Origin: Tubiluchus corallicola
Lineage: Eukaryota > Animalia > Priapulida
Assembly (NCBI GenBank): GCA_030141605.1
Contig: JAQGDQ010000484.1
Span: 83,452 to 147,451 of the forward strand
Direction of reading: 5' to 3'
Length of the DNA stretch: 64,000 bases
The position numbers and the translations under genes are program-made. Within the stretch, counting starts at the first letter, position 1; each line of letters starts with the position of its first letter. The notes below the pieces were generated by a model that searched no databases, was not told where the DNA came from, and was given only the letters and a program-made list of their open reading frames with translations. Shown here piece after piece: positions 26,990 to 38,236 of this stretch.

Positions 26990-28199
26990 AGTCTAGCTTA
27001 CAATAATGAAATTTTAGTGATTTGTTTTGAGTTAGTGATTTGAAAACTTTTCAGGTAAAGCCAAGCTGTGATCAGCAAAATAATTTGCGATTTAACCTTT
27101 GCTGTGATACTTGTGAATAGTAATTTTACATACTTGTTATAAAATGATGAATAAAATTACGAATGAAGGATAGTGTACACTGTTGTTAATATTTTGTGTG
27201 TGAATAGCAGTTGTGGTTGCACGAAAAATTTGAACAGCTTTTTTGTTTGTTTGGAAATTCAATTTAATTCTACAAATGTAAGTACCTTAGTCTCAAAAAT
27301 GTTGTGTATTTTTAGCACTGAGAAAAGGTAGTCCATTGATCTCAGTACTTTAGTTTCAGTATAATGAAATAATAACAATAATTTAATTTAAGTGGTAGTT
27401 TCATAATAAATTGTAGTAATTAATAATTTCAAAAATCCAGCGAAGTTTTACTTTTTCTATTTAGCCTTTAGTATTTTATTATTTTTTACTCTTACTTGTG
27501 CAAATTTACTTCTAATTTCGTTAGATGGCAGCACCACGTAAATAGTGCATAATAAGTTAGTGACATCTAGTAACAAGATATATAAGCTCGTTCTTGTTAA
27601 ATTTGCATGTCATGTAAGACTACAAATCTTTGAGAAAAGTTGTATAAAAGAAACCTGCATGATATTTAATATATTACGTAATTTATATTTTACGTATGTA
27701 TGTTAATAAAAGTGTACTATACATACATTCTGGTCATTAAGCATTATTTATTTTCTGTGCTCATATATATTTCTCATCTTAAAGTTCATTTTGCTTTATT
27801 TTGGAACAATGTCACTTTGTATGGTTGTGGCTTATGCAAGAACCAGTGTAAGCAGAAGTCATTTAGCTCGAAATTGCTTCAGTCAGCCATAGAGTAAAAT
27901 TTTGTCAAATTTAGAAGTGATTCGAATCAATAAGCCTTTTCACAGTTTTTGCTGACTGTTTGTTGCTTTTGCCTTTTATATATACACAAACACCTAAAAA
28001 ATGTCATGAGCCTGTAAGTAAACTTGTATTTTTAAAAAGGGGCAGCTGACCAAGTGACCAATAGGTCTTTCGCTGCTCTTTCTTAGTTGCAATGAAATGT
28101 AAAAATAACTATGTCAAATTTTAACTGCTATTGAGTAAATAAATTGACTTGAATTGTAGAGTAAAGGGTAAGTGTACCATCGGAATGCGTCTTAACTAC

Positions 28200-28480
28200 A
28201 AATAACTTGACATGTGTGTACGGCAAAGCCGTCCGCCATATCGGTGCGGTAACATCAGTTGTTTTACGTGGTCTTTACTTAATTGTGCATTAGTCTGTGT
28301 GTGGAATGATTTACTAGCAGGATCTTGTTTGGGAACAACAAAAAATGAACTAGGTAAGATTCTAGCTAACTGTTGAAACTGTTACTATTACAACAGCATG
28401 GGCTGCGAGGCATTGTCAAGTGTACGCAAATGTACACTTAACCTATGACCTTTTCACAATCATCAATCGCTGGAACTAAA
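28200..28480 (+). mobile_element. MITE family B, partial copy
   Basis: Contains aaaatgaactaggtaag.ttctagcta and ccttttcacaatcatca.tcgctggaact shared with 20590-21027 and 44541-44945. Confidence 0.65.
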
Positions 28481-28865
28481 CAATGCAAGGTCATACATTC
28501 ATCAGCATGACACGCGTCAGGTAAAATAACTCGCCTAATCGCCGTCAGATGGCAGAACTGATACTGCCTATAGCTTGAAACGTTGCTGCAGTGTTACACC
28601 AATCAACACGAACAGGAAAAGTAATGGGGATCGATTTACTCCGGTTCACCCAAACACTTTGCCTTGCATATTAGATGGCTGGCAGGATATGTATCTAAGG
28701 GAACAGGTGTGTGGAATAGTTGAAAAATTCTTGAATTAAATTTACTGTGTCGAACAAAGATTTTAAGCAAGATCTTATTAACGCAGTAATACAAAGTGCT
28801 CTGGCTTCTGCAATAAATAAAACTATGCCACCTGTCCACACAGGGACAATTAAACAAAATTGTCA

Positions 28866-29084
28866 GACATGACTGAAAAAGTTACAAAATTAGCCCATTA
28901 CCGAATACATGTATCTATAAATAAACATGACCTAGGGTATATGTCTGAAAAAGTTGCAAAATTAGCCCATTACCGAATACATGTACCTATAAATAAACAT
29001 GACCTAGGGTATATGTCTAAAAAAGTTACAAAATTAGCCCATTACCGAATACATGTACCTATAAATAAACATGACCTAAGGTAT
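28866..29084. repeat. Tandem repeat, 72 bp x3
   Basis: Unit aaaagttacaaaattagcccattaccgaatacatgtacctataaataaacatgacctagggtatatgtct. Confidence 0.9.
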
Positions 29085-29411
29085 CTTCTGCAGATGCCGT
29101 TAAGAACGATTTTACTAGAGAAGGTCGTATATAAAAGTTACGTTTTTACAATTATTAAACAGGCAAAGGACAGAAACCAACAGATGGATCTCTTGTAAGT
29201 ACTGCCACCGTCGAAACCACATCGCTCCTATGAAGTTTCAATTAAATCAGTGCCAGATTAAGTCACGGGTTGCAACCCTGGAGCCTCCGCCAGCTGAAGA
29301 GCCTCCAGAGATTAAGTGAAATGAATTTCCTGTGAAAAGTTACTACAGAATGAGAGTAGAAGTTTGCTGAATTATGTTTTTAAAAACGGCTTAATTAATT
29401 AATATACTGTA

Positions 29412-31398
29412 CTAGCCAAACCCCACAAAAAGAATTTTGTGCACAAATCAACACAAAACCCACACCACACCACTCCACCTCATCACACCACACTGCACCA
29501 CACCATACCACTCCACCACATCACATCGCACAGCACCACACCATAACACCACACTGCACCACACCACCCACCCACCTACACATCACACCACCCACACCAT
29601 ACCACTCCACCACATCACACCACACTGCACCACACCATACCACCTACACACCACACCACCCACACCATACCACTCCATCACACTGCACCACACCATACCA
29701 CTGCACCACCCACACACCACACCATAATACTCCACCACATCACACCGCACAGCACCACACCATAACACCACACTGCACCACACTGCACAGCACCACATCA
29801 TAACACCACACTGCACCACACCACCCACCCACCTACACACCACACCGCACCACACCATATCGCTGCAGCACACCGCACCACCCACACACCACACCACCCA
29901 CACCATTCGACTCCACCACATCACACCACACTGCACCACACCATACCACTGCACCGCACCACCCACACACCACACAACACCAACCACACCATAATACTCC
30001 ACCACATCACACCGCACAGCACCACACCACACCATAACACCACACTGCACCACACCATACCACTGCACCACACCACACCACCCACACCATACCACTCCAC
30101 TCCACCACACCACACCACAACATACCACTGCAGCACACCGCACGACCCACATACCATACCACACCAACCACACCATACGACTCCACCACATCACACCACA
30201 CCATACCACTGCACCACACCACACCGCACCACCCACACACCACACCACACCACCCACACCATAATACTCCACCACATCACACCGCACTGCACCACACCAT
30301 AACACCACCCACACACCACGCCACCCACTCCATACCACACTACCCACACCACACCCCACACACCCTATCACCCCACCACACCATCCATAGCACAACACAC
30401 AAAGCACACCACCACCACACCACATCAAATCCACCACCTCACGTGGTGATCATGATGTTGATGATGATGATGATGGTGGCAACGATGACAACACCTATAG
30501 CACAAGCACCAACAGCACAGCATTACAACAAAACCATTCCAAACATTTTTCACAAAGTTGAAACTATGTGCTATAATATAATAAATAGCAAAGGCCCCGC
30601 AAAAGATTTTGCGTATAAATACACGTGTAATCAATAATACGCGAACATCCTACCTAGTCCACATTTATAACACAAAGCCCGTAACATCGTGCCTACTGTT
30701 TGTTTAACTAACGCAAAGCCTGTAGCTTTTTGCTGAATTAAAGTTATAAGATTATAGACAGAGTACAATGGATGACGTCACAACAATGCCTTTGCGTCAG
30801 CTGTTTTCTAAGTGAAAATTGCCGAAAATAGAACTCCTAATTAACTCGCCAATACTCCTCTCGGTGGACCTGCCCTAACATATAGCCCACACCATCGTGT
30901 AGCCCCGTTCTTCCTCTTTGTAAAGAGCCCCATATCTCCTTCCGAGAGTCCCACCGGGTGCCGCTAGAACGTTTTTCCCGCATGCTGTTTGGTCAAAATT
31001 TCGAAAAAATCGCAAGTCGGGTCCGGAAAAACGCCCGTTGCGGGGCGCCCTGGCCCTCTCGGGAATTCTAAATATGCCTACTACACCCACCGCTGAACGG
31101 GCTATCTATCCATACCCAGTACCCCCCTCGGCCCGTTCCAGTTCTCTACATCTCAGCCGTATAACATTTACAAAAAACGGCCGAAAAAGGGCCATTTTTG
31201 GGGTTTTTTCGCCTCCCCCTCCTCCCGGTGGGCCCAATTCGAAAAATAAACCATCAATGAGAAGACACTAGATCGAAACCTTTCGTTTGATATATATAGA
31301 TCGCCCCAAATGGTGCCCTCGTCGGAGCTGTAGCCTCGAATCTTATATATATAAATAAATAAATATATATACCAAGAATATTAATATAAGAGTATAGA
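29412..31398 (-). mobile_element. Non-autonomous Helitron (composite) with CAC/GTG-rich internal satellite
   Basis: Minus strand: A|TCTATACTC 5' end at 31398; 3' end CACAAAA-TTCT-TTTTGTG hairpin + GGGTTTGG-CTAG|T at 29412; sits in an A^T site with no TSD. Confidence 0.8.
29459..30440. repeat. (CCACA)-like low-complexity satellite inside the Helitron
   Basis: Directly visible; reverse-complement counterpart at 58130-58540. Confidence 0.9.
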
Positions 31399-31667
31399 TA
31401 ATAATACACTGGAATTCTTTTCTTGTCCATTATTCCACCTTATTGGTCCTGCCACACTGGTAATCCTGATTACAATGACAGGTTATTTGGTGAAAAACGC
31501 TAACTTGTACTAATAAAAGTATATTTTATGATACACGTTAAAATACCAGTAATTTATTTATTGTAATTTGTACGTATTGTATTTAATATTTCAAAAACTC
31601 ATTTTAATTTTGTAAATATCAGAATATCTCTTCCGTTTTTATTGTATTTGACTTGCGCCCATCTATG

Positions 31668-31940
31668 TGGGCTTAATGTTGGCATTATGTTGTAGAAGTT
31701 GAATAAACTGATTTGAAGAATCCAACATTCATGCTTTTGTAAATTGTCACTGTGGATCTAATTTTGGAATTATGTTGTAGAAGTTGAATAGACTGATTTG
31801 AAGAATCCAACATTCATGCTTTTGCTAATTGTCATGGGGGCCTAATGTTGGCATTATGTTGTAGAAGTTGAGTAAACTGATTTGAAGCATCCAACATTCA
31901 TGCTTTTGCTAATTGTCACTGGGGGCCTAATGTTGGCAAT
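31668..31940. repeat. Tandem repeat, ~85 bp x3
   Basis: Unit taatgttggcattatgttgtagaagttgaataaactgatttgaagaatccaacattcatgcttttg... Confidence 0.88.
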
Positions 31941-32558
31941 GCGTGTTGAGCGATACGTATTCACTCGAACGTGACGGCTGTCGTCTGAATACGCTTTAGG
32001 CGTTACGCATTACGCGCACATGGATGCGAACCTTTAGTGAGTACTTAGACTCACACCACAGTAATTCAGAGGAGAAGAAAGCCTAGTTATAATGGCTGAA
32101 TGCAAAACTTGATGTCATAACTTTTCAATGCTGAAAAAACCTGACTTCTGATCCAGCCTTAATTTTGTTTTCCTGTTTTGAATCAACTCACCTCATGTCT
32201 TTATGAAATGCTGTATAAAATTATCCTTTCGCAGGGAGATACAGTAATCCGATTGTCACTAAACCTGCATTAAATTTGTTAGAATCTGTAAAAGTGAATG
32301 CAGTTCTCTAATCTTTGCAATCTACGTAATGCATAGAATTTAATTTAGACTTGATTACGACAGCGCTAGATTAATTCAAATGCCAAACTTCACGATTACT
32401 TGTTTTAAAATTTCATTTTGCATTTGCCGTAATATCGTGAACTATATGTAGTTAAGAGTTAAATTTTCTGATTTTATAATTATATTATAAATTAAGTGTA
32501 GAAACTTCTAGCTGACAGGATAAATGGATTGAACTTGTAGAGAGCTTGAAGTATATTA

Positions 32559-33303
32559 GACTGAAGTTTGTGTAGACTGTTGTAGACTGATTCACTCTGG
32601 TGGTTGAAACAAAGAATATGAAATTGCGTTGAACTGTGAAAGACTGAAGTTAGTGTAGACTGACTCACTCTGGTGGTTGAAACAAAGAATATGAAATTGT
32701 GTTGAACTGTGAAAGACTGAAGTTAGTGTAGACTGTTGTAGACTGATTCACTCAGGTGGTTGAAACAAAGAATATGAAATTGTGTTGAACTGTGAGAGAT
32801 TGAAGTTAGCGTAGACTGTTGTAGACTGATTCACTCTGGTGGTTGTAACAAAGAATATGAAATTGCGTTGAACTGTGAAAGACTGAAGTTAGTGTAGACA
32901 GTTGTAGACTGGTTCACTCTGACGGTTGAAACAAAGAATATGAAATTGTGTTGAACTGTGAAAGACTGAAGTTAGTGTAGACTGTTGCAGACTGGTTCAC
33001 CTGGTGGTTGAAACAAAGATTATGAAATTGTGCTGAACTGTGAGAGACTGAAGTTAGTGTAAACAGTTGTAGACTGGTTCACTCTGGTGGTTGAAACAAG
33101 GAATATTTAATTGTGTTGAACTGTGAGCGACTGAAGTTAGTGTAGACTGGTTCACTCTGGTGGTTGAAACAAAGGATATGAAATTGTGTTGAACTGTGAA
33201 AGACTGAAGTTAGTGTAGACTGTTGTAGACTGGTCCACTCTCGTAGTTGAAACAAAGAATATGAAATTGTGTTGAACTGTGGAGACTGAAGTTAGTGTAG
33301 ACT
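32559..33303. repeat. Minisatellite, 83-bp unit (shorter variants), ~9 copies
   Basis: Unit gactgaagttagtgtagactgttgtagactgattcactctggtggttgaaacaaagaatatgaaattgtgttgaactgtgaaa. Confidence 0.93.
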
Positions 33304-33820
33304 GTACCAAACTTTCTCTGTACCGAACTTTCCTAGTATCAAACTTTCTCTGTACCTAACTTTTCTAATACCAAACTTTCTCTGTACCTAACTTTCCTTG
33401 TACCAAACTTTCTCTGTACCGAACTTCCTAGTACCAAACTTTCCTTGTACCAAACTTTCTCTGTACCGAACTTCCTAGTACCAAACTTTCTCTGTACCAA
33501 ACTTTTCTTGCACCAAACTTTCTCTGTATCTAACTTTCCTAGTACCAAACTTGTTCTATACCGAACTTTCCTTGTACCAAACTTTCTCTGTATCTAACTT
33601 TTCTTGTATCAAACTTTCTCTGTACCAAACGTTTCTTGTATCAAACTTTCTCTGTACCAAACTTTTCTTGTATCATACTTTCTCTGTACCAAACTGTCCT
33701 TGTATCAAACTTTCTCTGTACCTAACTTACCTTGTACCAAACTTGTTCTGTACCGAACTTTCCTTGTACCAAACTTTCTCTGTACCAAACTTGTTCTGTA
33801 CTATATTTACTTGTACCAAA
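33303..33820. repeat. Minisatellite, ~16-17 bp unit tgtaccaaactttc(tc/ct), ~30 copies
   Basis: Directly visible; abuts the 83-bp array. Confidence 0.92.
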
Positions 33821-35545
33821 AGCATTTGTCAACGCTTCACTAGCACTGTAATTACCAGTTCCATTACTCCGTTACCAAATTTTCCCAGTACGACAATTTT
33901 TCTATATCGAAAATTCCTAATACAGTAGCAAATTTTCCAGGTTAAAAATTTACTCTTACCAAACTTTTTATTAGTTTTTTTATTACAAATATCGCAACCT
34001 ATAGGCTGGATATGTTATTCTTGTACATATATAATTATTGCTAGCTTCATAATAATTACATTTTCATTTTGAGTAGAACTACATTTTAAGCCTTGAAAAT
34101 ATGTAATGGCCACCAATAAATAAAAATATAAACAAAATGAACCTAAAAACTGCATCAACAGTCCATGTTTAGAATTAAATATACAGCAACAATTTATCCA
34201 AGACTCCATGCTTCCCTATTTATATCTGATAACAGTGCTTAGACAAATTGCGTCTTATTTGCCAAGATAAGTTGTCTGTTTGTTTGCATCAGTTTGCCGT
34301 GATTAAGGTACAAAGGTCAGTCTTGATATCAAGATAAGCAATATGCACAAATTTTACTATCACAGCTTGTGGAATTATTATTCGCTAGAACGTTCTACTA
34401 TCTGGTACACGTTTACGTGCTTGAAAATAAAATAAAGCATGAGACCATTTTGTATGCTGTTTGCATGATATTTTTGATACACAATATAAATTAGCCACTT
34501 CGGTTTTTCTGCTACCTGACTAAATGATTACAGTGAGAAGTGTTTTTGATTGTTGAAATGGAAAAAAATCCAGGAACTTATTCACAGTGTGTCAGACGCC
34601 AATCAAAAATCGGAACTCGAGGCGTTACTAACTGGTTACCAATTTGCTCGTCTTGGTGCAGACAGAACACAATGGCTCAACAAGCTGCTACATGCTGCAA
34701 CTCGCGTTAACATGCCTGAACTTGTTGATGAACTTCTCAACAGAGGAGCAGAAATAGAAAGTCTATCACCAGTCACTAGAAAACTATTAGATTCAGATTA
34801 TATTACTCGAGATTATGAGGGAGGAACCCCCCTTGAAGCTGCTTGTTCTTTGGGACATACTTCTCTTGTTGAGCAACTCATTGAACGGGGTGCTGAAATA
34901 AACTGTCTTTCTAGGACTGAACGGTCGCCTTTAATATTAGCAGCTTGGCAGGGACATGCAGAAATTTGTGAAATGCTGTTGGTTCATGGAGCAGAAGTTG
35001 ATACATTCCCAGAAAAGTTTAAAATACGACCTATACAGTATGCATCATCGGCAGGCCACACTGAAATAGTGAAGCTGTTAATTAAATATGGCGCCAAAAT
35101 TGATGAACATCCTTACATTTCAGTTGATGGTGCTCCGCCTCTCCATAATGCAGCAAGAAAACCAGCATTTTGAAACTCTTGTTTTTCTGCTTCTCAAAGG
35201 TGCAAATGTCTTCTACCTATACACAACAGGTGATACCGCTCTGCATATGGCAGCAAGGCAAGGAAATGTTCATTGTGCAGCACTTCTGATGTTTGCGGGC
35301 TCTGACATTCTGGCAGAAACTAATTATGGTGAGACCCCACTTTCCATAGCAAGTATGAAAGGTAGACTGGATGTTCTTAAACTAATATATGAAAGTATGC
35401 TAGAGAGGTATTTACACAAAGTAGTGAAACAGATAGTAAATAAACTTTACAATGGAGAAAGTTTAATACATCTGGCTTGTCAAAATGCTCACTTGTCAGC
35501 TCAAAGTGTAGACGTTGTTAAATACCTCATTGATGTAGGTGTTCA

Positions 35546-36449
35546 GACCTAAGTTCTCTATAAATCCACTTTCAACAACAGCAAATGTGGGTTCAACTTT
35601 TGTTTTTGATTCGACTGGTTTGAGCACGTAGTGATAATGCTTGACATACTTTGGCCATTTATCATTGGCATTTTTTGGTACTCCCTCTTCTTCAGCACAT
35701 GGTGTCACATCTACAGAGACTGCTATTTTTTTGTTTGGCAACAGAACACATAATTTCAAACATGTACGGACTTTGTTCGATTGCTCTACACGTGAAAAGC
35801 TGTTTGGCACAATTTTTTCTTTAAATTTCTTTTCTTGCAAAGCTGTTGCCATGGCTCTGTACAGGGACTGGGAAAACATCTTCTTTAATTCTCATAAACC
35901 TGCTGTGAAATCTCTGTGCAGCTTTTCATATTGTACCACAACAAAAAAATCAAATTCATCTGGCTGGCCAATCTTTACTCTACAAGCTGAACTGCCAACA
36001 AATTTGGGCCAACATCTTATGTGATGATTTTTGTAAAGAATTTAACAGCATCTAACAATTTCCTTATATTGGTTCTAATACCGTCAAATTCTTCCACATT
36101 TGAAATTGTTCCCAATCCAGGCTCGGAAACCAAGTCCTTTAGAGGCAATCCACAAATGTTTTTTGACACAGCTTCATCATCCCCTGTGACAGAAAGCTTT
36201 GAAGACACCTCTTGCCACATTTGAAAGTACCGATAAGAAAGAAAAAGTCCTGCAATTTGTTTATAATTTCGGTTCAATGCTTTTTCGTAAGCTTGTCGGA
36301 TGCACATATCATAAGCCGTTTGACCGTAAGATGGTGTTGATCCTCATAAAGATGCTAGTAAAGCCTGTCCTGTATCGTTGCAACAAAGAAATACATTTAG
36401 TTCCCAGTCATGATGGTTTAAGATTCCATTCCAGTTTGGTCAGTTTAGA
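35546..36449 (-). other. ~0.9-kb internal inversion within the ANK-cGLR gene
   Basis: Flipping this segment joins GGTGTTCA to TCTAAAC in frame (GVHLN) and places FIENLG before the ELYRAIKY C-lobe; only a CA/TG inverted microhomology at the ends. Confidence 0.82.
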
Positions 36450-36737
36450 TGTCAACTTGCCAGAATTATACAGAGCAATAAAGTATCAACCAAATAAGGT
36501 CATTGACTCTTACATGTTAAAAGTGGCCTTCTTGCACGAAGTGGTGACCACTAAAGATGACTGGGGCACAGAAAACTTGAAAGCTCGAGCTGTCTCTATA
36601 TTCCAGTACATTGAGCACTGTTGCCGAGAAGGCGCAATGTTTCACAAACTGCTAAATGATGTCAATATCTTAGAAGATCTAAAACATAAAGAAATGAGTG
36701 ACATTCCATTGTTAACATTGGCAGACGATGCAGCACG

Positions 36738-37124
36738 CAGGGCCTATTTCAGCCTTGGCGAGGCCCGGGGAAGTGGGGCGTGTAAGGGGGGGGCGAAGCG
36801 CCGGGGGCCGGGTGCCACCATGGTTGGCGCCCAGAAAATTTTTGAACTGCTAGAACGTTGGAGAAGCATTTTCGAAGAGAAAATATGGAGTGATACAGTT
36901 GTTAAAGGAAAGAACAATTGAAAGAAAAACTGCTTTATTGTCAAGACCAGTCCTTAATACTTGCCAATACAGGCAAACGGCGCGTGTGCGGCAAGAGAGA
37001 GTGTGACAGGGAGAGAGGAGGCAGTATGTTTGCATAAAGCAAAAAAAAAAGCTACCTTAGCGCGAGGCCCCCCTGGAGGGTGAGGCCCCGGGGAAGTATC
37101 CCTCCCCCCTTGAAATAGGCCCTG
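36738..37124. mobile_element. hAT MITE inserted in the cGLR C-terminal coding sequence
   Basis: 14-bp TIR CAGGGCCTATTTCA / TGAAATAGGCCCTG; perfect 8-bp TSD GCAGCACG (36730-36737, 37125-37132). Confidence 0.95.
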
Positions 37125-37445
37125 GCAGCACGTGCTATAGAAAAGAAATTAACTGATGGCACCATACCATCAAATGAAGGTCTAATGGAACCAAAGTTTG
37201 AAAAGTACCGTGCTATGCTGAAAACACATGCACTAAATCAGGGAGAAGGAAAATTGATCAAGGTGGCAATTGAGAGTGTTGATTTGTATTTAAGAAACAT
37301 TTGGGATGGGATAGATGAAAGGAATAAGAAACAGCAAAGTGCATCTTAGAAATGCATTTGTCATTTGGTCAAATCTAGTCATCAGAAATCCAATGTTTTA
37401 ACACTACCATATATGGGAAGTCCAGCAGATACAGGTGACTAAACC

Positions 37446-38236
37446 CAATGATACACGGCCGCCAAGATACACAAACCGGCCGACGTCGGCCGTGATAAAA
37501 CGACCGCCCAAATTAGACTATATTAATTTCAAATCAAAGATGATACACGGAATTTATCGAAGTGGTGGGGAAGACAACAGCCGGCCTAAAGTAGAAATGA
37601 GTTCTATTTTGTACGGTGTACGCCGGCCGGACAAGTATTTAATCCAATCAGGGATCAATATTACAGTGTTGGTTTTTACTTTGGCGGCAAAGTATTGGGA
37701 AACGACGTGCATGAATGCTGTAAGATGGTTTATGTTAAGTGAATTTAAAATTTAAACCGGGAATAAGACTCGCATCACGCATTTAACGGAACCATTAAAA
37801 TTTGATTTAATAAATTTTCTATTTTATTTACAAGATACAAGAAATATTGCAGTTTTTAGCTTACCCTTATGCAACGGTTCAATAGCATGCAAGATGAAAT
37901 GTTAATGTGATGGACGAAATCAGAACATTTCACAATTTTTTAAAAATCAAACCAAATTACGTATGTATGGCTGAATTTCAGGAGACTCCGGGCTAAATCA
38001 GGAGTGGTGGGAGCCCTAATAGTGACACAAAAATTGAGCTTAAAAAACAAGATAATCTCGTAAATAATTGACTATAGATCAAATTTTCAACATTAGAACA
38101 CTATCAATAAGTCCTAAAAGTAAATGCCGGCGAAATCTTTGGTTCTACTGCCTCGCTCTCTTTTATACAGACGGAAGTGTATCACATCTGTCGACATCCG
38201 CCGAGCGGCCACGTAGAAGGCGGCCGTGTATCATTG
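37446..38236. mobile_element. Non-autonomous TIR DNA element, superfamily unassigned
   Basis: 18-bp TIR CAATGATACACGGCCGCC / GGCGGCCGTGTATCATTG; internal GATACAC and CGGCCG repeats; flanked by CC on both sides. Confidence 0.8.

Larger units (their letters stand above)
34558..37349 (+). pseudogene. Ankyrin-repeat + cGAS-like receptor (Mab21/cGLR nucleotidyltransferase) gene, disrupted by inversion, frameshifts, stops and a MITE
   Basis: ANK repeats (GGTPLEAA, RSPLILAAWQGH, GDTALHMAARQG, GETPLSIA) on + 34558-35545. NTase core FVGSSACRVKIGQPDEFDFFVV and VSVDVTP on the minus strand in 35546-36449. Mab21-type C-lobe SYMLKVAFLHE..DW..ENL..R..SIF..C...H....VNIL on + from 36450. Frame resumes after the MITE to TAG at 37347-37349. 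Confidence 0.88.

Noticed and set aside
29437-30637. His/Thr-rich and Val/Trp/Cys-rich ORFs (also 58124-58662)
   Set aside because: Translations of the CAC/GTG satellite inside Helitrons.
32559-33820. 83-bp and 16-17 bp arrays as CRISPR or coding repeats
   Set aside because: No spacers; variable unit lengths break frames; ORFs 33339-33928 are repeat artefacts.
35641-36224. Plus-strand ORFs 35641-36024 and 36021-36224
   Set aside because: Antisense shadows of the inverted cGLR catalytic region.
36199-36921. 240-aa ORF as a standalone gene
   Set aside because: Chimera: first ~84 codons are antisense of the inverted segment, the middle is the cGLR C-lobe, the end is MITE sequence.
34558-37349. 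Bacterial CBASS/CD-NTase operon or contamination
   Set aside because: Mab21-type C-lobe, upstream splice acceptor, animal MITE insertion and no adjacent Cap effector genes indicate a metazoan cGLR.
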